A stretch of DNA of 64,000 bases from a virus, in IMG/VR virus record IMGVR_UViG_3300028299_000002, positions 21,970-85,969 of that record, one strand, 5' to 3'. This document shows, one piece after another, positions 20,704 through 30,152 of this stretch. A program made the translations under genes and the position numbers. The notes under the pieces are model-generated. The model worked only from the letters and a program-made list of their open reading frames with translations, did no database searches and was not told where the DNA came from. Position 1 is the stretch's first letter. Each line of letters opens with the position of its first letter.

Positions 20704-20881
20704 TGTGCAATCTCCATCGGGAGTTTCATCCGTCTTAGAATTACTACCCCCGATTTTGAAGTTTCCATTTGTTTTGCCGTTGCACCGGCAATGCCGGATA
20801 CTATTTTGTCGGCAAGGGCTAATATTCCTTTTGATATTGCGCTGATTACACTTCCTTGAAAATGTAATATCCGGCATTTTC

Positions 20882-20995
20882 CAAAAGCGGAACGCAAGCC
20901 GATATTGTTGTTCACATTGCTTACCAGATTATTGATGTTAAGATTGAACAAACCGGCCTTGACCCCATTATTCCAATTGCCGCCACGTAGCGGAA
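20882..20995 (-). repeat. DGR template repeat (TR)
   Basis: AAY-rich copy of 21402-21515 (offset 520 bp). Confidence 0.95.
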
Positions 20996-21010
20996 ACAGA
21001 CGCTTCAACA

Positions 21011-21352
21011 TTAGCCCTTCTGAGTTTTTATCCAACCGCCAAGCATTCTACCGATTTCACTTAACTTCTCAGATAAAATCTCATATTTTTTAAACGGTAT
21101 ATATGCAAAATCTTTTGCCAGCCTGACTTTGTATTGAAGCCCATTCAAATGAACATCCAATTGAAACAATTCATGCATTTTATTCCGTTTCTTATTTGCT
21201 ATTATCATTAACTCGATCATTTTATAAAAATCCTGCCGGATATCCGCCGCCAGAACATGCTTCTCACTCTTCGGAAAATACTTCAATGCAATATAGGCGT
21301 ATTTTGTGGCCTCGTATGCCCGATCTAAAATTAGTAGCGTATTACATTGCAT
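21011..21352 (-). CDS. avd: DGR accessory variability determinant (four-helix bundle)
   Basis: FPKSEKHVLAADIR...EIGRMLGGW motif; between VR and TR. Confidence 0.9.
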   Translation of the reverse strand: MQCNTLLILDRAYEATKYAYIALKYFPKSEKHVLAADIRQDFYKMIELMIIANKKRNKMHELFQLDVHLNGLQYKVRLAKDFAYIPFKKYEILSEKLSEIGRMLGGWIKTQKG

Positions 21353-21375
21353 TTGCGATATTCCCTTTCAGATTA

Positions 21376-22602
21376 TCAGGTTACAGAACTCAGATCACCA
21401 ACAAAAGCGGAACGCAAGCCGATACCGCCGTCCACACCGCCCCCCAGATACCCGATGTGAAGAGCGAACAAACCGGCCTTGACCCCATTACTCCAAGGGC
21501 CGCCACGTCGCGGAACATTGTTCTCACCGACATCTGGTTTATAAAAGTAATCGTTCCCGTAATCGGCGGTAACATCGCTATGGGCAATCAACGCCAGTAT
21601 TTCCGCATCATCATCAGAATATGCTCCGGCAGGGGTAAAATTGGCAGCATTCTCTTTGCTGAAATCTTCGTCGGTAGTGCTGTTCCATTCACCTATCTGT
21701 GCCCACGGTGCGCCTGGTGCGGTTGCGATGTCTTTGAGTTGAGCAGGTGTCGCAATGGCCGCCTCGTTGTCAGGAATGATCCAGGCTTGTTTTGCAGTCC
21801 CCGCATCCGGTGATTGTAGCCCGACTATCCACTCCCAAATATTGCCATTCATATCAAATATACCCGATGGGTCAAAGTTGTGAGATGATAAAACTCCGCC
21901 GCTTCCGGTTCTCCATCTGCCATAATAAGGCGCTCCGTAAGAACCTCCGTTACTCCCGATTGTAAGCGTTTCGTTAAGCGGCAATCCTGTAATTCCTTTA
22001 TTGTCAATGTCCCGGCAGTAGTCATTATTGCCCCGACAATATGATGCAAATATGCTATCCTTATACATCTGTTTACACCACAATGCAACTGCCGCCCATT
22101 CAGCGTTTGTCATTAGATGGAATATATTGCCAGCCGCCCGCATCGCCGCAGAGTTTTTGGCTTCGCAAATATCAATCGCAGCATTGAAATTCAAATATAC
22201 CGCCGGGTCTTGATAGGGCAACGATGCTGCCACATGACCGGCAACCGATCCTGACCAATCCGCAATTTGAGTCGCCTTGATTGCACCCGTAGCAGCTATG
22301 ATGGCGGAAGCCTGGTATTTTGCGACCCAGAATCCGGCATGTTCCACACCTCCCCAGATGAAAGCCGGGTGAACCAGTGCCGAAGCAAAGCCGTTCGTAG
22401 GGTCCCAATTGAACTTCGGGATGAAGACATAAACCCCTGGAAAACCATATTGGTCAAACAATACCTTATTATTTGGTAATGAGTTAAATATTGACATGAA
22501 TTCGGCACCGGGACGACTTAGATCGCCCGCTATAGGCCAGCCAAGTTCTTTGATTAATAATTTCTGATATACATTTTGCCATTGATCGTTTAGTCCAGCC
22601 AT
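21376..22602 (-). CDS. DGR target protein, FGE-sulfatase/C-type-lectin fold
   Basis: FIPKF..HPAF..KYQAS, HLMTNAEWAA, GIFDMNGNIWEW, RRGGPWSNG..GLF..IGLRSA; VR at the C-terminus. Confidence 0.9.
   Translation of the reverse strand: MAGLNDQWQNVYQKLLIKELGWPIAGDLSRPGAEFMSIFNSLPNNKVLFDQYGFPGVYVFIPKFNWDPTNGFASALVHPAFIWGGVEHAGFWVAKYQASAIIAATGAIKATQIADWSGSVAGHVAASLPYQDPAVYLNFNAAIDICEAKNSAAMRAAGNIFHLMTNAEWAAVALWCKQMYKDSIFASYCRGNNDYCRDIDNKGITGLPLNETLTIGSNGGSYGAPYYGRWRTGSGGVLSSHNFDPSGIFDMNGNIWEWIVGLQSPDAGTAKQAWIIPDNEAAIATPAQLKDIATAPGAPWAQIGEWNSTTDEDFSKENAANFTPAGAYSDDDAEILALIAHSDVTADYGNDYFYKPDVGENNVPRRGGPWSNGVKAGLFALHIGYLGGGVDGGIGLRSAFVGDLSSVT
21402..21515 (-). repeat. DGR variable repeat (VR)
   Basis: Manual alignment to TR: 18 substitutions at TR adenines, plus 2 internal and 1 boundary T>G; followed by TCTG-type repeats (candidate IMH region). 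Confidence 0.95.
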
Positions 22603-22614
22603 TTTATTGCTCCT

Positions 22615-23775
22615 TTATCTTATTATTACTCTATCTATTTCAATATTCCCCGCCGCAGCATACAAAGCATGTATAATTTGCTCCTGCACTGCTGCCGATA
22701 TTTCGTTCTTACGAATGACCAGAAGACACATTTCGCCGTCAAATATCACAGAAGGTATTTCTGCCGAAGTGGTCGGATTTTCTGCCGAAGTGGTCGGATT
22801 TGCACTATTTCCGGCATTGCCAAATACCTGTACTTCACCGGACAATGCTCCGGCCCCTGTTTGTATATCACATACCCATTTATCTATCTCTGCCCCGGCC
22901 ACAGAGAATACATCGCTGCCGATTTTCAGATAGGATTCATTTGCCGTTCCCGGTTTTATCAATGCAATAATCGAATACCCGGTTTCACTCAAACTGGGTA
23001 TTTTGAATGTTCCGCTATTAAGCAGTCCTGAACCGATCAATCCCGGCTTGCAATTTGCATCTAAGTTTGACCGTACCCATTCAATTGTATAATTACCGGT
23101 CAGATCAACTTGATTCCCATAACTAAATGCAATTTGTAATAATGTATTAGCATCCAGTACTGGTATGAACCCCCATCCATAAAATTTTAATCCAGTAGGA
23201 TCATATCCCGCCGGTTTATTGACATATTCACCTGCATGACCATCAACGGTTATGCTAAATTGAATACCGTTATATCCTATTTGAATTGAATAATCTGTAT
23301 CATCGGATAATGCCGTATCATATAATACTGTTTCAGACAGAGAATTTGTCCCGTCCGATGCTACGATATAGAGCTTATTATCTGCTTTTTGATAAACACA
23401 TACAAAATTACCGGTAGATAATTCCATGTCCTCGGTTAAAAACAGTATCACTCTTTTGACCGTTGCAAGGTCAGGTTCGACGGATACAATATTAAGATCA
23501 ACATAAAACAACCAATCGGAAGGACTGAATGGCGCAGCGCTCAGATCATACGGTAATTCCGTACCCCGAATGTTGTCCGACCCGCTAACATAACCTTGTT
23601 TTATTAATATTTTACCGGTCGGTTTAACAACGTTCAAACCGCCCTTATCACTCAAAGTATCCTGTTTGTCGGTAATGCTTACCATATTACGATCACCGCC
23701 ACAAATCAGGTATTTACCATCACTCATTAAAGTTTTATATACATGTCCCGTAGATTCTACTGGATTTATTTGCAT
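22615..23775 (-). CDS. Structural protein (possible collar/appendage, beta-sandwich)
   Basis: 386 aa directly upstream of the DGR target; contains a 21-bp tandem duplication. Confidence 0.5.
   Translation of the reverse strand: MQINPVESTGHVYKTLMSDGKYLICGGDRNMVSITDKQDTLSDKGGLNVVKPTGKILIKQGYVSGSDNIRGTELPYDLSAAPFSPSDWLFYVDLNIVSVEPDLATVKRVILFLTEDMELSTGNFVCVYQKADNKLYIVASDGTNSLSETVLYDTALSDDTDYSIQIGYNGIQFSITVDGHAGEYVNKPAGYDPTGLKFYGWGFIPVLDANTLLQIAFSYGNQVDLTGNYTIEWVRSNLDANCKPGLIGSGLLNSGTFKIPSLSETGYSIIALIKPGTANESYLKIGSDVFSVAGAEIDKWVCDIQTGAGALSGEVQVFGNAGNSANPTTSAENPTTSAEIPSVIFDGEMCLLVIRKNEISAAVQEQIIHALYAAAGNIEIDRVIIR
22758..22799. repeat. Perfect 21-bp in-frame tandem duplication
   Basis: TTTCTGCCGAAGTGGTCGGAT x2 (NPTTSAE repeat). 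Confidence 0.9.
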
Positions 23776-23776
23776 T

Positions 23777-24817
23777 TTATTCCCCTAAATTGTCAATTGT
23801 CAAACTCTGGGCATTGATATAATTCCGCAATGCTACCATAACCTTTTTCGCCGGTTGATCGTCATCACCGCCCCTGTCCGATCCCATATCGCTGTGCATG
23901 ATATACTGCAATGGTAAACGATGCTCAACGCTGTAATAATTACCGTCTTCCGGTGAATTACCACCATCAATCCATGTAATTATATTACCACTGACAGAAT
24001 AATCAACACCAGGCTTATAAATAGTGGATTTTTGAGATATTTGTTCAATGTTCTCAATATCAAATGCCTTAATCGTATCATTCACGGATCTCTGACATAA
24101 AGCAGAATCCCTAAAAAACCGATTTTTCATTACAAAAACATCACCCACCGACAGAGTATTATAAATCGGTAAGTATATCTGTCCGCTATTTAACCATGTA
24201 TAATCATAAGGATATCCGCTTTCACTCAATCCAAGTATATCATAAGTAGCATCATTGGCCGACGGTTTTAATATTTTTACTTTGGATGATTCACCGGCAG
24301 TCAATGACCGAATTGTAATATACCCGGTCCCAATATTACCGTTCACATCGGTTTCAAAAGCACATGTATCATGCAATGCGGTATTAATATTTGCAATAAT
24401 TGTTTGGATTTTGACATTTTCAGGATCACCGGCATCCGTTGAACAGTCAATTTCAACCGCCGCATTACCGTCAATGCCAATATTTAAATTATATTCACTT
24501 GAAAGATTAATCCCAGCACTCAGATTAATTTTACCTGTGATCTGGGCATTATTTTTATCAAGCATATAGGGAACAGTCATTAAACGTCCGCCCTGCAGTA
24601 TTGTACCAGCCTTTTCGGTAATTTTATCATACCGGATATTGGTACTGATCAACCGGTATTCAATCGGAGAATGATATCGAAAACCACCAAAACAACCACA
24701 TTTAGGATCATAGGAACCATTATATGACCCGTAGCAGCTGCACAGATAACCGGAATAATATTTCACTATTACTCCGAAGTCATCCATTAGGTCTTGTGGT
24801 ATTGTGTTCAGATTCAC
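23777..24817 (-). CDS. Head closure/neck protein
   Basis: N-terminal CSC..DPKCGC..GFRY motif; position after the connector and neck genes. Confidence 0.6.
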   Translation of the reverse strand: MNLNTIPQDLMDDFGVIVKYYSGYLCSCYGSYNGSYDPKCGCFGGFRYHSPIEYRLISTNIRYDKITEKAGTILQGGRLMTVPYMLDKNNAQITGKINLSAGINLSSEYNLNIGIDGNAAVEIDCSTDAGDPENVKIQTIIANINTALHDTCAFETDVNGNIGTGYITIRSLTAGESSKVKILKPSANDATYDILGLSESGYPYDYTWLNSGQIYLPIYNTLSVGDVFVMKNRFFRDSALCQRSVNDTIKAFDIENIEQISQKSTIYKPGVDYSVSGNIITWIDGGNSPEDGNYYSVEHRLPLQYIMHSDMGSDRGGDDDQPAKKVMVALRNYINAQSLTIDNLGE

Positions 24818-25662
24818 AGATACATCTCCAGGAACATTTTTTTATCAGCCTCAAATCCCTCTGTAATTATTCTCTGAATGACAAACGAACTGGCATTTTT
24901 AGCCTTGTTCGCAAGGTGCATACCGGGCATTGCAGGACGTATCCAACCGCTTGATCCCTCTTTCATAACCCGGAATGTCATATATTTTGTCCCCACCGTA
25001 CTATCATCCCTCGGAAATCGTACCATACCCTCATTATTTTTATTCATACCGGGCACATCGTTTTTACTTAATCGTCCGCCCCACTGATAACTTGAACGTG
25101 TCACCATTTTACCCTGGGGATGTCCCTGGGATAGAAATAATTGTGCCTCTTTATAGGATTTTGCGCCCTGTTGACTTGGTTCGCTGAATACAGCCGTTCT
25201 TCGGCTCGGTGTCATTTCTTTTGCCGCCTGATGAACTGCTTTTGGCATCGGATTAAATTCGACCGATCCGGGAGTTCCATGCCTGAACGGGATGATCAGA
25301 TATCGTTTACCATCCTTTTTTGATACCCTGACCTTATTGGATGTATTCAGGATATTTTTCATGTCATAAGACCCTGAACCATTTTCGATATACTTTGCAT
25401 ACGGCAAATTATTTATAACAGCTGAGTGAAAACGATCATTGTTGTAAGGATATATTTTACCGTTTTCAATGGCATGAAGATATCTACCGGACGCATGTTT
25501 GAATGCTCCACTGGCAATCTGTGACCAAACCCCGACTACTACGTTGGCTGAACGCTCCACCGCCTGAGCGGTGTTTGGCAGCGTAGAACTACCAAACACC
25601 TCAAGCGCATAAATAATGTCGTTCAACCGACGATCAATTACATAGTCGAGATTCAACTGCAT
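24814..25662 (-). CDS. Neck protein (A511/SPO1-type)
   Basis: YAKYIENGSGSYDMK..YLIIPFRHGTP..YMTFRVM..GWIRP. Confidence 0.65.
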   Translation of the reverse strand: MQLNLDYVIDRRLNDIIYALEVFGSSTLPNTAQAVERSANVVVGVWSQIASGAFKHASGRYLHAIENGKIYPYNNDRFHSAVINNLPYAKYIENGSGSYDMKNILNTSNKVRVSKKDGKRYLIIPFRHGTPGSVEFNPMPKAVHQAAKEMTPSRRTAVFSEPSQQGAKSYKEAQLFLSQGHPQGKMVTRSSYQWGGRLSKNDVPGMNKNNEGMVRFPRDDSTVGTKYMTFRVMKEGSSGWIRPAMPGMHLANKAKNASSFVIQRIITEGFEADKKMFLEMYL

Positions 25663-25666
25663 CGAT

Positions 25667-26887
25667 TTAGTCCACCGTTGTTATAGCCGCAGCCGATACA
25701 GACGGTGCTACTCGCGCTGAAACGGACACGTCAACAGCCTCATCCGAACCTGAATTAACCATTGCCAGGTCATAATAGGTGACTGTAATATCGGCATCAT
25801 CCAGTAGTGTCGTATCAGGAACGAATGTACCAGCTGCACCCGTGACAACCTTAATTGCTCCAATGGCGGCCTTACTGGCCGGGACAGCCGGTAATACACA
25901 ACCGGCGGCGGCGGCTACAATAGCGCCCTCAACAGTCGTTAATGCTCCGGCACTATCCAAACAGATCAGATAGAATGCTTCTTCGCTGTTTCCTAATCCG
26001 GTATGTCCTACCGTCCAGGCCCCTAGAGGATCGGCGGCTACTGCCGTATAAATTACACCGTCAATAATGTAGGTTACGATATTATCTGAACCGGAATCCA
26101 CAAATGCCGACGCATCAGCTGCAAAACTGGCCCCTTCAGTAATCATTCCCATATCAAGATATGTAACAGTAATATCGGCATCATCCAACAGTGTCGTATC
26201 GGGTACAAATGTTCCACCTGCACCTGTGACAACCTTCAAAGCTCCGATCACACAAACATCGGCAGGAACAGCAGGCATGACACAACCGGCGGCGGCGGCC
26301 ACAATAGCACCCTCAACGGTTGATAAAGTACCACCACTATCCAGACATATCAGGTAATAGGCTTCTTCGCTATTACCAAGCCCGGTATGTCCGACTGTCC
26401 ATGCACCCAAAGGATCGGCGGCTGTTTTGGCATACGGAATACCATTAATCAGATAATTGATATTATTGACAGATTTGACCTGATCTTTTGTTCCGGCACT
26501 CATTGCCAATCCAGCAGCAACAGAGCATTGGTTCATCAGCATCTTTTTAATCAGGTTAAAATTGTCATAATGGGTATTCACATTTGTGGTAATACCGGTT
26601 AATTTTGACAAATTCCCAACTGTTTTCAGCTGGTCTTTCGTACCGCCACTCATCGCCAGTCCAACCGGGAATAGCCCCATGTTCATCAGCATCTTTTTCA
26701 TCTTGTTATAATTGCCGATCTGAGTATTCAAATCAGTAACAAGACCGTCAAATTGGGTTTTCATCGCCGTTGATACCAATGATGCCCTGGCCTCGTTCAA
26801 TAATGTGATCATGGCAACCAGGCGATCACCAAATCCCATTTCTCCCAACACCGGGCACATTAAGTTAAGTTTATCTTGGTTTTTCAT
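25667..26887 (-). CDS. Putative head decoration/structural protein with internal duplications
   Basis: Tandem ~128-aa repeat (ADPLGAWTVGHTGLGNSEEA..DDADITVTY) and ~50-aa repeat (KKMLMN..GLAMS.GTKDQ). Confidence 0.55.
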   Translation of the reverse strand: MKNQDKLNLMCPVLGEMGFGDRLVAMITLLNEARASLVSTAMKTQFDGLVTDLNTQIGNYNKMKKMLMNMGLFPVGLAMSGGTKDQLKTVGNLSKLTGITTNVNTHYDNFNLIKKMLMNQCSVAAGLAMSAGTKDQVKSVNNINYLINGIPYAKTAADPLGAWTVGHTGLGNSEEAYYLICLDSGGTLSTVEGAIVAAAAGCVMPAVPADVCVIGALKVVTGAGGTFVPDTTLLDDADITVTYLDMGMITEGASFAADASAFVDSGSDNIVTYIIDGVIYTAVAADPLGAWTVGHTGLGNSEEAFYLICLDSAGALTTVEGAIVAAAAGCVLPAVPASKAAIGAIKVVTGAAGTFVPDTTLLDDADITVTYYDLAMVNSGSDEAVDVSVSARVAPSVSAAAITTVD

Positions 26888-26896
26888 AATTTCCTC

Positions 26897-27967
26897 CTAA
26901 CCAACTTTTAAACGTGTTAAATATTTTTTCTTAAATGATTGAATCCATGCGGCATCTTCTTTCCGATAATTCTCAATCGCCGCACTATGTTCACCAAAGG
27001 TTGCACTGGATGTATAAGACGTTGATTTACTGGCGCCATCAATGGATTTTGATTCTGAACTTAATCCACGATGAACATCCAGGTTTGGCAGCATGTTAAT
27101 TGCCACACGGCGACTAATTGCATACCGAATCATTTCCTTTTCATTGGCCTCAATATTATCCCAATCCAACCCTGCATAATAATCGTATGAAAAGAAATCC
27201 GGGATATAACTGGACCCGGCCAGAAGAATTGCAATACCAACTCCCACGGTATAAATGAACATCAATCCATTATAACTGCCGGAATAAGGCATTATTTTGA
27301 TCACACCCTCTAAAGCATTGCCAATTTGAACCCAACCAGACGGTATTTCGGCTATTACCTCAATTTCATTCAACTTTAAGCCCACTTTTTCAATCGAATA
27401 AATCGGCGTATGATATAATGTATTCGTCCAATATTTTTCATAAATCGGAGTCATATCATAATCATGGCGTTCATTCTCAATCAATTTCTTTTGAAAATAT
27501 ACCTCTGTTGCAGTTTCAAGCTGATCAGTGGCCGCTTTAATTTGCTGTCTGATTGTTGTTCGGTAGGATGTTTGATAATATGATTCAATGGTACTGATTT
27601 CGATTCCCCGTAAACATTGATCCATAACATAGCTAACCGGGACCAGGAGATTCTCTACAGGCGAATTCGCCTGTATCGATATATCTTCCGGTGTTAATTC
27701 ATCTTCGAGATTGACATTAATTCCGGCGTAACTGGCAGACCAATAAATGAAATAATAATCCGGGACAGTATCAGCATGAAGATTTACATCATAATAATAT
27801 TTCCCGGACTCAGCATCTAATGAACACGTTAAATCCTTGATCTCAGTGTCACCAACAAGCTTTACATAAGTCCCATTGTTATTGACAATGGTAATTAAAA
27901 CGGCATTTACCGTTCTTTCGGTTTCAAGATATATTCTGTTAGTGACACCAATTCGGATTATTTTCAT
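26897..27967 (-). CDS. Head-tail connector/adaptor
   Basis: IKAATDQLETATEV, SKSIDGASKSTSYTSSATFGEHSAAI; after MCP. Confidence 0.65.
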   Translation of the reverse strand: MKIIRIGVTNRIYLETERTVNAVLITIVNNNGTYVKLVGDTEIKDLTCSLDAESGKYYYDVNLHADTVPDYYFIYWSASYAGINVNLEDELTPEDISIQANSPVENLLVPVSYVMDQCLRGIEISTIESYYQTSYRTTIRQQIKAATDQLETATEVYFQKKLIENERHDYDMTPIYEKYWTNTLYHTPIYSIEKVGLKLNEIEVIAEIPSGWVQIGNALEGVIKIMPYSGSYNGLMFIYTVGVGIAILLAGSSYIPDFFSYDYYAGLDWDNIEANEKEMIRYAISRRVAINMLPNLDVHRGLSSESKSIDGASKSTSYTSSATFGEHSAAIENYRKEDAAWIQSFKKKYLTRLKVG

Positions 27968-28476
27968 TTGAGTTCAAAATGCTTGCTGATCTCTCTCAAC
28001 ATTTCTATTTTGGTTCTGGCTTTGCCCAAATCAATTACCGGATTTTGTCTGGCCGCAAATTCACGGATTTCCCTGGATGTGTTTTCCATCGTCGGCATTT
28101 CACCGATCATACTTGGTCCGGTCTTTTCAGGTTCAGGTTCAATAATCTTTTCCGGTTCTTTGGTAATGATAGGTTCAGGCTCCGGTTCAGGAATAACAGG
28201 TTCAGGGACTTCTTCAGTGACTTCAGGAACGATTTCCTCTATCACATCCGAGACAATCACTATTTCCGGTTCTTTGGTAATGACAGGTTTGATAACTTCA
28301 GGAACAACCGGGACATAACCTTTTATGCCCTTGACCGCTTCATATTGAGCTTCGGTCAATTCAGCTACACCGTCTTTCCATTCGACCGGTTTGCCAATAA
28401 TAATTGATTTGTGATTTTTTAGGCTCCCATCCCTGCATTTTGGAGCTCTTACTAATATACCCATGATTTCCTCCAT
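27964..28476 (-). CDS. Glu/Pro-rich protein with C-terminal Rho-N-like helical domain
   Basis: EPE linker; REIREFAARQNPVIDLGKARTKIEMLREI. Confidence 0.55.
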   Translation of the reverse strand: MEEIMGILVRAPKCRDGSLKNHKSIIIGKPVEWKDGVAELTEAQYEAVKGIKGYVPVVPEVIKPVITKEPEIVIVSDVIEEIVPEVTEEVPEPVIPEPEPEPIITKEPEKIIEPEPEKTGPSMIGEMPTMENTSREIREFAARQNPVIDLGKARTKIEMLREISKHFELK

Positions 28477-28488
28477 TGAGTCAGAGTA

Positions 28489-28512
28489 GGGAGCATAATT
28501 GCTTATGCCCCC
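28489..28512 (-). promoter_or_regulatory. Stem-loop after the MCP gene (mRNA stability or partial termination)
   Basis: GGGGGCATAA-GCAA-TTATGCTCCC, no U-tract. Confidence 0.5.
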
Positions 28513-28528
28513 GACCCTATTTAATTAG

Positions 28529-30118
28529 TTAGAATGTGGACTTTGAATAACGGATATTCTTGAACAGAATATGATAACCGAATCCTGTCTGTTCATTCTC
28601 CATTTTCGAAACACGGAGATAATGATACAGCATGTAGAGATACGGCCATCCCACGATTGAATTTAGGCCAAATGCAAGCGGGATACGCACGAACGGCAGC
28701 AACTGACGATAATCAATTGCCCCAAATTCCGGTGCATTTGTCATCAGGATACCGATAGATGTACCAGGCAGAACAGAATTAAGGTCATGCGCAACGGTAT
28801 CGCCTACCGCAAGCGTAACAGCCACATCCATGATCCAACGGCAATCCGAAGCATCGGCAGCACCCAACGCAGACCGGAAAATACGATATCCGCTAATCAG
28901 TGCATCGGCACCGGTGATTGTTATTCTGACTTTGTTACCGGCCACAGTGGTTATTGCTCCTGCATTTGCGGCCACGGCAATCGATTCACCATTTGCATTC
29001 AAGGCACTGACCATATAGAAATAGTCACCCAGATCACCGGCACTAAATTCAGTAGCAGGATCAGCAACATTTGCCAATACGATATTTGCCGCCAAAAGAG
29101 CAGCCGGAGCTGTACCAACAGCTACTGTCGGTGCTTTTGAACTGGCTGATTCACCGGAAGGTAGGTATTTGTCAATCTGCGGTACGAATTTGAAATGCGG
29201 TACAGATCCATCGCCCCAACCGTTATAAGCAAAATCGCTCATAAAACCGGCCATTGGTAAACCACCCATCAGCTGTTTTACATCTAATGACTGTCCACCA
29301 CCTAAATTCACACGACGGCTCATTGGCAGAATTTCATTCAAATCCTGTTTTACCATATTTGGCATGAGCATGTGTGTAGCGGCTCCCAAACCCTGCATGA
29401 TGTTATTGGCACCCAAATCCAACTGACCTTCGGAAATCTGACTACCTTCCGATCCACTGGCGGCACCGGTTTTACGACAATCAATTACGACATCATAACC
29501 GGCTACTTTTGCATCCGTAATTTTCTTATACATACCGTCAAATTCATTGGGGATCACATCACTATTCCCAAATACGGAACATTTTTCATTGGCTTCGAGA
29601 ACAGTCATTGCACCGGCTTTGTTCAGAATGGTATGGGCATCTGCAAATGTCTTGGAAACATCCAAAACATGAGTCAGATCGCGCATATCACGCAGGAACT
29701 TTGTGGTGTCAACTTTCCGTGCCAGAGTTACATTTTTGGAAGTCGGGAAAGATGATTCATTGGTGAATACACCATAGGAATGATGTCCGCCTAACTGTCC
29801 CTGACTACTCAGTAACATGTACTGGTCCAGAACGGCATAAATCGGACTGTGTGGGAAAAGATTCCACAATCGCAGCTGCTTTTGTTCGGCAACAGTGGAT
29901 TTCAGGTCGGTGTCGATGTTTTCAATGGTAATCGCACGACCACCGGTTAATTGGGAAAGATCAGTCATACTGGTTGTCGTTGTGGCATCCAGTGCTTTTT
30001 GCATGTCCATAGACTTCATCATACCGCGTTCAGGCGTATAGTACATTGTACCTTCGTCTAAAAGCGATTTTGCGACTTCCTGGACAGCATCATAATCTTT
30101 GTGAGCAAGAATATTCAT
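28529..30118 (-). CDS. Major capsid protein (A511/SPO1-like), probably N-terminally processed
   Basis: LTGGRAITIENID, CSVFGNSDVIPNEFDG, LLPFVRIPLA; leader with VAKS/MMKS/MQKA; GGAGG RBS. Confidence 0.9.
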   Translation of the reverse strand: MNILAHKDYDAVQEVAKSLLDEGTMYYTPERGMMKSMDMQKALDATTTTSMTDLSQLTGGRAITIENIDTDLKSTVAEQKQLRLWNLFPHSPIYAVLDQYMLLSSQGQLGGHHSYGVFTNESSFPTSKNVTLARKVDTTKFLRDMRDLTHVLDVSKTFADAHTILNKAGAMTVLEANEKCSVFGNSDVIPNEFDGMYKKITDAKVAGYDVVIDCRKTGAASGSEGSQISEGQLDLGANNIMQGLGAATHMLMPNMVKQDLNEILPMSRRVNLGGGQSLDVKQLMGGLPMAGFMSDFAYNGWGDGSVPHFKFVPQIDKYLPSGESASSKAPTVAVGTAPAALLAANIVLANVADPATEFSAGDLGDYFYMVSALNANGESIAVAANAGAITTVAGNKVRITITGADALISGYRIFRSALGAADASDCRWIMDVAVTLAVGDTVAHDLNSVLPGTSIGILMTNAPEFGAIDYRQLLPFVRIPLAFGLNSIVGWPYLYMLYHYLRVSKMENEQTGFGYHILFKNIRYSKSTF

Positions 30119-30152
30119 AATTTATTTCCTCCTTGTTTGCTTTATTTGCACA

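Larger units (their letters stand above)
19693..22602 (-). mobile_element. Diversity-generating retroelement: target(VR)-avd-TR-RT
   Basis: RT, Avd and a 114-bp TR/VR pair differing mainly at TR adenines. Confidence 0.95.

Noticed and set aside
19693-20877. RT as group II intron or retron; ORF-track start at 20877
   Set aside because: Avd and TR/VR identify a DGR; no maturase/endonuclease extension or msr-msd seen; MKRYGNLY at 20703 is the typical start.
20700-21035. 111-aa ORF resembling the lectin C-terminus
   Set aside because: It is the non-coding template repeat read in frame (Asn-rich AAY codons).
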